A stretch of DNA of 64,000 nucleotides from Bdellovibrionales bacterium (lineage in GTDB: Bacteria > Bdellovibrionota > Bdellovibrionia > Bdellovibrionales > UBA1609). Where the stretch lies: assembly GCA_016714165.1 (NCBI GenBank), contig JADJNU010000001.1, positions 1,411,536 through 1,475,535 on the forward strand, in the 5' to 3' direction. This document shows, piece after piece, positions 57,410 through 64,000 of the stretch. The notes under the pieces were generated by a model. That model did not search any database and was not told the origin of the DNA. It was given only the letters and a program-made list of their open reading frames with translations. Numbering within the stretch: position 1 is the first letter of the stretch; each line of letters opens with the position of its first letter. The position numbers and the translations under genes were made by a program.

Positions 57410-59604
57410 TAAAACTCCTCTTCTTCACTGAACTGATCTTTGGACCGAACTGCCAATCGCTGCCTTGCAAAGTCCATAAAAATTTTCTGGGAATTAACTT
57501 CAGGATCGGGATCTGAATTCGCGCGCAAAACATAAGTTCCGTCAGGAGACATATCCCAAGCCAGGCGAGTATCAGAAACTTGAGTTTTCAGAATACTCCA
57601 TAACCGTTTCTTCAATTGAGGATCTTCAATCGGCGCAGCAACTTCCACTCGACGGAGCAGATTTCTCGACATCCAATCCCCGCTGCCAATATAAAATATT
57701 CCTTCTACTTCTTCAGCAGCTCCGGATCGAAAGTAAAAAATTCTCGCATGCTCCAAAAAGGGGCCAACTATCGAAATGATTCGAATTGTTTCACTGAGAC
57801 CGGAAACTTGAGGTCGTAAACAGCAAAATCCGCGAACAATCAAAGTGATTGGCACGCCCTCTTTTGAGGACTCATAAAGGGCATCAATGACATCTCTGTC
57901 TTCCAGACTGTTCATCTTAGCTATGATTCCAGTTGGAAGGCCCTGTTTGGCGTTCTCACGCTCGCAGGCGATCAAGTCCAAAAATCGCTTTTTCATGGAC
58001 ACAGGGGAAACCAACAGTTTTTTATAATCAGACTTTAGACTGCGACCCGTAAGAAAGTGGAACACTTCGACTAACTCACTCGTTATCTCATGATTGCATG
58101 TGAACAACCCCAGATCTGTGTAGGCAGAAGCAGTTGTTGCGTTGTAATTTCCAGTTCCCACGTGGGCGTAAAGTCTAAAATCACCACTTTCTTGTCTGAC
58201 TACCAGGGCTATCTTTGAGTGAATCTTAAGCCCCACCATTCCATAAATAACGTGGACCCCAGCTTTTTCGAGCTCCTGTGCCCACCGAATATTTCTCTCT
58301 TCATCAAAACGTGCCTTCAATTCAACAAGACAAACCACCTGTTTGCCTCGTTCCGCTGCCTCAATCAAAGTCTTGATAATTGAGCTGTCCTTGTCAGTTC
58401 GATACAATGTCATTTTTATCGTCACGACATTTGGATCCTCGGCCGCCGACTGCAAAAATTTTTCTACCGTAGCTGAAAAACTCTCATAGGGGTGATGTAC
58501 CAAAATATCCCGGGACTTAATCACCTGAAAAACAGGGTTCTCTTCCTGTCCAAAATAAGGGGAAATAACTGGGCTCCATGGAGCAAATCTCAGTTCAGGA
58601 ATATTGAGATCTGGCAAAGGATCAAAATCTCGAAAACGCAGCTCCAGAGGAAATGGCAAGATTTCATCATCAGAAATATCTAAATGCTCCTTCAAAAATC
58701 CAAGGAGAAATTCGTCCGGCTGTGGACCGTGCTCCAATCGAACAATTTCTGAAAATTTTCGGCTCTTTAACTCAGCCTGTATCAGATCCATCAGGTCTTC
58801 TGCGTCGTCCTCGTCTGTCTCAACATCAGCGTTTCTAGTTATTTTAAATGGCATGACCCTTTCGATCTGCATTTTTGGGAATAAATCTTGAAAATGAGCC
58901 GTGATGATATCGATAAGATGAATGAAAAAATACTCTCCCTTCACCCGTTTATCCTCAACAAAAACCCAGCCGGGGAGATACTTGGGAACCTTTACCCTCG
59001 CAAATAATTCTTCAGACTCGCCCGGTACTCGAATCACCGCAGCCAAAGAAGTCGACAAATTCGACAAGAGAGGAAACGGATGCCCCTGATCAACAATCAT
59101 GGGAGTCACCACGGGAAAAATGCGCTTTTTGAAAAATTCCCGACACCAAGACTTTTGCTCGTTATCTAGCTCCTCCCAGGAAGACAAGTGAATGCGCTTT
59201 TCCTTCAACTGGGGCAAAATAGATGTTCTCAAGAGTACTTCGACCCGATCAAATAGACCCAGAACCTGAAAGCGAATATTTTCAAGTCGATCTTCGACCG
59301 ATAATCCCGTGGAAAGAATTGGAATATTCGCAAGCTTCTTTTGCTGAAGACCTCCGACCCGTTTCATATAAAATTCGTTGAGGTTATTTTGAAAAATATT
59401 GAGAAAACGAACACGCTCAAGGAGAGGTGTTCTCTCGTCTTCTGCCTGAAAGAGAACTCTCTCATTAAACCTCAACCAACCAATGTCGCGATCTAAATAC
59501 AATTCCATGCCTTGAACCCAATGTATATGATACTCGTACAATCTTTCAAAACAATCTTTCAAAACAAAGTCTTGATGCACATATTCAATCCAGGAGGGCC
59601 TCAC
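57409..59604 (-). CDS. ppk1: polyphosphate kinase 1
   Basis: 731 aa; PPK1 domain order incl. two PLD-like HKD regions (…HSKIALV…, …HARIFYF…). Confidence 0.9.
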   Translation of the reverse strand: MRPSWIEYVHQDFVLKDCFERLYEYHIHWVQGMELYLDRDIGWLRFNERVLFQAEDERTPLLERVRFLNIFQNNLNEFYMKRVGGLQQKKLANIPILSTGLSVEDRLENIRFQVLGLFDRVEVLLRTSILPQLKEKRIHLSSWEELDNEQKSWCREFFKKRIFPVVTPMIVDQGHPFPLLSNLSTSLAAVIRVPGESEELFARVKVPKYLPGWVFVEDKRVKGEYFFIHLIDIITAHFQDLFPKMQIERVMPFKITRNADVETDEDDAEDLMDLIQAELKSRKFSEIVRLEHGPQPDEFLLGFLKEHLDISDDEILPFPLELRFRDFDPLPDLNIPELRFAPWSPVISPYFGQEENPVFQVIKSRDILVHHPYESFSATVEKFLQSAAEDPNVVTIKMTLYRTDKDSSIIKTLIEAAERGKQVVCLVELKARFDEERNIRWAQELEKAGVHVIYGMVGLKIHSKIALVVRQESGDFRLYAHVGTGNYNATTASAYTDLGLFTCNHEITSELVEVFHFLTGRSLKSDYKKLLVSPVSMKKRFLDLIACERENAKQGLPTGIIAKMNSLEDRDVIDALYESSKEGVPITLIVRGFCCLRPQVSGLSETIRIISIVGPFLEHARIFYFRSGAAEEVEGIFYIGSGDWMSRNLLRRVEVAAPIEDPQLKKRLWSILKTQVSDTRLAWDMSPDGTYVLRANSDPDPEVNSQKIFMDFARQRLAVRSKDQFSEEEEF

Positions 59605-59632
59605 TTCACGGGGACCTCACTTCACGGGAGCC

Positions 59633-61105
59633 TCACTCAGAGTCGCTGCAATCATAGGTGCGGTACTCGAAATCCTTCTGACTCTCACCCTGCCAAATCA
59701 AGAGATAGGAGGATCCTCCAAGATTTTGCCATATTAAGCGGGCTGGTCTGTCCCCTCCTTCCTCAAGGATTATTTGATCCTGCATTTTTTCAAGATCTAT
59801 TCGAGAAATACGTATTAAGCCGGATGAAGTCTTTTCAGACTCCAAAATCATCACTTCCCTTTTTCCGCTCGATCCCTGAATGACTCTGGGATTTTCCTTG
59901 TCCTTTAACTCCAGAAGAGACTTTGGCCTTTTGTCATCTGGATCTAAACTAAAAATAATTGCTTTCCCAGTTGAACTCAGTAGCGATCTTAAAAAAACCA
60001 TATAAATCCTCTTGGCCACCAAGTCCATCCGTTCGATTCGGGAATCAAAATTCTCACTCGATAACAAAGCCTGAGTTTCAAGAAGCGATCCAACTTTTCT
60101 CTCCCCGATCCAAAATTGCTTCGAAAACCCCTTTTCACCAGTCAATAGAACTTCCTCTCCGAGGACTGAAATATCTTCGAATCCCGTATGCCCGCTGTCT
60201 TTGCATTTGAATCCTTGAACGCCTTCATCCGATATCACCTGGATAAGATCGGCCTGCTTTGGAACATAGCGCTCACTTGGAAGACCTCGTGCTTTTCTCA
60301 AATCAAATGTACCAACAGTTCCCCTGTCTGGGTTCAGGTACACAATCTTCTCAACCTGATCGGTCACTATACCAAATTTGCTCTTCGCCCCGAAGTCCTC
60401 CCCACATTCACCAATAAAACTCAAGACTCTGGCGGCCTCAGATCGGCCTTGCTCGCTTGCGATCCCTACTGAGGAATCAGTCCTCATGAGAGACTCAGTC
60501 TTCGCCCCTCCCATTTTTGGGCTCCCTGAATGTCCCAAATCAAGAATCAGAAATGAATTTCGCCGTCCCCACTGAAGATTCCAGATCAAGTTAGAACTTC
60601 CAAAAGCTACGACTTTGCTGCTCTTTAACTCGCTCTTTATGCCGCTTGAATTAAGACAATATCTATCACCGGAAGGGGGACACAAGATATCCTTTCGTCT
60701 CGCCAGTGAGGTCGAAAGCTTCCATTGATTGTCAAAAACCAGTTGATGCTGAAGAAGTGCCAAATCATTTTCGGAGTAGGTCCACAGGGACATTTCGCCA
60801 CCAAAATTTCCCCAAACTAAAAGTTGCTGAGAACTTGGTTTAAGGTCTCCAAATTGCAGCTGACCCTGACTTTTCAAGGAACAGAGCCTAGAGATTTTTG
60901 ACTTTTTATCTGGCAATTTATTATCTGGCTTTTCCAAATATCGACTTTTCGTCTCAGGCCCAGTCCGCTCCTTGTTTGAGCTCAATCTGTTGAAGATATC
61001 AGGATATTTCTCCTTTAGTATGCCAACGAAAAGAGCCATCGCAACAATCAGCGACGCCCCCATTAAAATCCAGAACACTTTCGGTAACTTTCTATTCTTA
61101 CTCAT
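59633..61105 (-). CDS. hypothetical N-terminally membrane-anchored protein (490 aa)
   Basis: N-terminal TM VFWILMGASLIVAMALFVGIL; no assignable catalytic motif. Confidence 0.45.
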   Translation of the reverse strand: MSKNRKLPKVFWILMGASLIVAMALFVGILKEKYPDIFNRLSSNKERTGPETKSRYLEKPDNKLPDKKSKISRLCSLKSQGQLQFGDLKPSSQQLLVWGNFGGEMSLWTYSENDLALLQHQLVFDNQWKLSTSLARRKDILCPPSGDRYCLNSSGIKSELKSSKVVAFGSSNLIWNLQWGRRNSFLILDLGHSGSPKMGGAKTESLMRTDSSVGIASEQGRSEAARVLSFIGECGEDFGAKSKFGIVTDQVEKIVYLNPDRGTVGTFDLRKARGLPSERYVPKQADLIQVISDEGVQGFKCKDSGHTGFEDISVLGEEVLLTGEKGFSKQFWIGERKVGSLLETQALLSSENFDSRIERMDLVAKRIYMVFLRSLLSSTGKAIIFSLDPDDKRPKSLLELKDKENPRVIQGSSGKREVMILESEKTSSGLIRISRIDLEKMQDQIILEEGGDRPARLIWQNLGGSSYLLIWQGESQKDFEYRTYDCSDSE

Positions 61106-61124
61106 TGTATCTCTGCTCGAATAT

Positions 61125-62648
61125 TTAAAAAATTGAAATTCCGGTCATAACCAAAAATCGAAGGTCTTTGTAAGAACTCGCGTCCCGAAAAATAAGATCT
61201 GAAGCGATATCAGATCTCAACTCAGCAAAAAATCCAAGTTTCTTGCGAAGAGGATGCTGATAGGTTGCCGTCACTGACATCAGAGTTCCGCTAAGATCAG
61301 AGGTAGGACTAGCTACAATACCAGTACCCAAGACCTCCGCGCGAAGAGAATAAACTGCCTCCTTCTGTCCCAGGTAATTCATTGCACTTATCAGACCCCA
61401 GCTAAAACCTGTTGATAACTCAGATCCCGAATCATAAAAAAATTGGCCCATGACAGCCATTAATTCAACATCCAGCTTTGTAGGAACTATTTGATATCGG
61501 GACCTCAACACAAAGGAATCTCGAGATTTGATTCTCACGTTGTCCTCTGAATCTCGAACATGAAATCCCCCCAAGCCAATATCGAATTGAGGGGTCAGTC
61601 GAGAACTATAATTAAATCCACCGCCCAAATCACCTTCACTGTTTGCGATCTCATTCCATCCATTAAATATGGTTCCAGAGATTTCAGAATAACTCCAAAT
61701 TCGAGAATACATGATCCCTGTCAATCGTTGTGGCAATATGAGGCTGTCAACAAAACTAGGAGTGTAGAATCCTTTCAACAAGCCTTTTCCTTCACTCATA
61801 TGCCAGGACCCTCGAAAACGGCCAGCAACAAATTCGCTCGTTGATGATCTCCCAATTTTTACATTTGCCTCAGAAAATAGATGCTCCAAGCTTGGCTCCG
61901 TGGGAGAACCGTCCATATTTCGCCATAGGACGCTAGCTCGCGATCCAGATTCTAATGAGACAAAATAGGAAAAATCATCTTGTGCAGAACTCTCCACGAC
62001 AGCTTTGATCTGTCCCAATCCGAATCCATGATGCGGGACTCCAACATCAAGAGCTGAGAATTCGTTCTCCTCTCCGCTCACAAACGAATAAACGGCATCC
62101 ATAAAAAAGCTAAATCTGTCCGACGATGACAGAGAATTAACAGAGGAACCAGCCTTAACTGAAGCACCCTTCTCTTCTGCGAGACGCTCGGCACTTAAGA
62201 CATTTTCTGCAGGAGGTTGAGGTGTCTGGCTTGAAACCGCTCGCGACACTTGTGATTTGTCTTTCTGTTCAAATTGGTTCCCTGCCAACTCCCAAACATC
62301 CACTCCCTTCGTCGGCAATTTTTGGGCCAAAATTTTCACCTCATGACCCTTCCATGGAAGAATCAATTGTGCAGATCGCGAAGTACACTGCTTCAGTTTA
62401 GCCATGAGACGATGCCTCGAAAGCTCCGTCCTCTTTCGACAATCCAAATGCAAGATCTGCAAAGCTGTTGACTCGCACTGGCTGGTATTAACCAGTCCGC
62501 CAACCAAACTCACATCAAGGCAATCTTTCCCATGCTCCATCTTCAAACCAAATGCCTCAAAACTAAACCCTGCCACGAGAAATAAAAAAACGGATAAAAA
62601 ATTTGGTTGAAATTTACGACAGCTCTTCAAGAAGATTCCCCAGGTCAC
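61125..62648 (-). CDS. hypothetical secreted protein, probable outer-membrane beta-barrel (C-terminal ...GISIF)
   Basis: Signal-like N-terminus; terminal aromatic residue; 4-nt overlap with upstream vWA gene. Confidence 0.45.
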   Translation of the reverse strand: MTWGIFLKSCRKFQPNFLSVFLFLVAGFSFEAFGLKMEHGKDCLDVSLVGGLVNTSQCESTALQILHLDCRKRTELSRHRLMAKLKQCTSRSAQLILPWKGHEVKILAQKLPTKGVDVWELAGNQFEQKDKSQVSRAVSSQTPQPPAENVLSAERLAEEKGASVKAGSSVNSLSSSDRFSFFMDAVYSFVSGEENEFSALDVGVPHHGFGLGQIKAVVESSAQDDFSYFVSLESGSRASVLWRNMDGSPTEPSLEHLFSEANVKIGRSSTSEFVAGRFRGSWHMSEGKGLLKGFYTPSFVDSLILPQRLTGIMYSRIWSYSEISGTIFNGWNEIANSEGDLGGGFNYSSRLTPQFDIGLGGFHVRDSEDNVRIKSRDSFVLRSRYQIVPTKLDVELMAVMGQFFYDSGSELSTGFSWGLISAMNYLGQKEAVYSLRAEVLGTGIVASPTSDLSGTLMSVTATYQHPLRKKLGFFAELRSDIASDLIFRDASSYKDLRFLVMTGISIF

Positions 62649-63997
62649 TTGTTCTGAATTATGCTAGCATCTGGCTTAGCATCGGCACAACTTAAATCCC
62701 TAATCCCGCTTTCGGAACCGCTGATGCCCACATTTTTTAAAAAGCAAGATTTTTCAAGATAGAGCTTGTAGAAGCCATTCTTTAAGATCAAAGGAAAATT
62801 AGAAATATAGGGCCCCACCAAACTGTCCTTGGCATCGTAGACGTAGTAACCAACGGTTTTTGGATAATTGAGCTGCACAACACCCGCTGAGGCAACTTCA
62901 TAATCATGAACTCCCTTAGGCACAACTAAAAAGGAAGGAATGATCTCGTCAAAGTAAGGCTTCTTAAATAAATGCAATTTATATTTACCTGTTTTAGCCA
63001 AATAGGCCTTGTCACTTTTGAAACGATGAATGACTTTTGCGTTCACGTCAAGCAGCTCAACATCCATGAGTCCCTTTACGAATTGCACATTTACCGTACC
63101 GCTCCCATCCACCCGCAGAGTGACCTTATTGTTAGCCTCGATCGTGAATTTTGGAAATCGATAGTAGGGATTGAGTGCAACTTCAGCATCATAAATTCCT
63201 GGAGGAACTCGAATTGACCACCGTGCCGTGAAAGATCTGAAAAAAACTCTCTTTCCGTCTTCCCAGCGATAAAGGTTAACCATTGCTGCAGGCTCCGGAG
63301 AGACGACCTGAAGATTATTTCCAGTTTTGATATGGTTAGAGATTTTCGAAACTGCATCAAACAGCTCCTCTTCGTTATTTGCTGTCGTACTAAAATTGCC
63401 CAGACATTTGACCTTTTCGTAATCCTTGGAACGAGGATCGAAGCCAATCCCCACAACAAATATTTTGATGTCCAGGTTTGGATTTTGTTCAACCTTTTTT
63501 GCCAATTTACAAGGATCACCTCCGCAGGTTTCCTTCCCATCTGTAAAAATGACGATTCTTTTAGGTCCGTCGTATTTTTTCAAGTCATCAATAGCTGCCT
63601 CCATGCTGTCATTGAGAGGGGTGCGACCGATTGGCATAATGACCCCCATCTTTCGTTCAATTTCTCCCATATTTCTTTCCTGAAAAGGGATGGCCAGATA
63701 ATTATCCTTGCAATCGTTCCTGAGCTTAGATCCATAAACACGTGTCCCAACCATGGCTTTTTCCTTCCACTGGTCAATCAGATAGTGGGACAGAACCTTT
63801 TTTGTGATATACATCTTGGTCTTACTGCTATCCATCAACTGCCCCATAGAACCAGACTTATCCACAATCAATTCGACCTTCGGCAATTTGACCTCGGTCA
63901 AATCAGGACTCTGTTCTAAACTGACACTCGCTTCTGAATTCACCTCAATGTCTTCTTCGGACTGTGCGGGCGCATGATACTTGTCCTCGTCCGACAA
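62645..63997 (-). CDS. von Willebrand factor A domain protein (N-terminus at window edge, may extend beyond)
   Basis: MIDAS motif LIVDKSGSMG ... IFTDGKETCGG; ORF reaches last codons of window. Confidence 0.55.
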   Translation of the reverse strand: MSDEDKYHAPAQSEEDIEVNSEASVSLEQSPDLTEVKLPKVELIVDKSGSMGQLMDSSKTKMYITKKVLSHYLIDQWKEKAMVGTRVYGSKLRNDCKDNYLAIPFQERNMGEIERKMGVIMPIGRTPLNDSMEAAIDDLKKYDGPKRIVIFTDGKETCGGDPCKLAKKVEQNPNLDIKIFVVGIGFDPRSKDYEKVKCLGNFSTTANNEEELFDAVSKISNHIKTGNNLQVVSPEPAAMVNLYRWEDGKRVFFRSFTARWSIRVPPGIYDAEVALNPYYRFPKFTIEANNKVTLRVDGSGTVNVQFVKGLMDVELLDVNAKVIHRFKSDKAYLAKTGKYKLHLFKKPYFDEIIPSFLVVPKGVHDYEVASAGVVQLNYPKTVGYYVYDAKDSLVGPYISNFPLILKNGFYKLYLEKSCFLKNVGISGSESGIRDLSCADAKPDASIIQNK

Positions 63998-64000
63998 AGT

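Overview
This 64-kb window is a gene-dense bacterial chromosomal segment of about 47-50% GC. Its content is consistent with a Gram-negative, possibly predatory or deltaproteobacterial-like organism, but the taxon cannot be fixed from sequence alone. Conserved housekeeping blocks include rph-rdgB, prs-rplY(ctc)-pth-ychF, ppk1-ppx, oxyR divergent from ahpC-ahpF, spoVG, htrA and tRNA-Gln(UUG). The longest operon (12871 to 5383, minus strand) is a MoxR AAA+ ATPase / DUF58 / membrane protein / two vWA proteins / TPR protein / BatD-like cluster of the Bat aerotolerance type. Its last gene is translationally coupled to an Slt70-like lytic transglycosylase that is split by a -1 frameshift in an A8 tract. 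The window is rich in secreted proteases (HtrA, S41, S8 subtilisin, a metzincin-like HExxHxxGxxH protein) and cell-wall enzymes (MltD with three LysM domains, Slt, Amidase_3). An ISL3-family IS remnant with a three-frame broken transposase (16901-18240) abuts an 8-mer microsatellite, (GGTTCTAC)9. It lies inside a ~3.5-kb segment flanked by an imperfect 19-21 nt direct repeat of the tRNA-Gln 3' end. Other notable items: an HtpX (M48) homologue with every zinc/catalytic residue replaced (HEISH to YQISC), a compact AA10-LPMO-like secreted protein with a C-terminal anchor, a PRTase-dienelactone hydrolase-erythromycin esterase three-domain fusion, an orphan B12-binding radical SAM gene, a G9 tract in the RBS of the subtilisin gene, several short intergenic tandem-repeat arrays, two paralogous PilZ-domain proteins and a degenerate CheY-like receiver. 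No CRISPR array, rRNA or intact prophage was seen.
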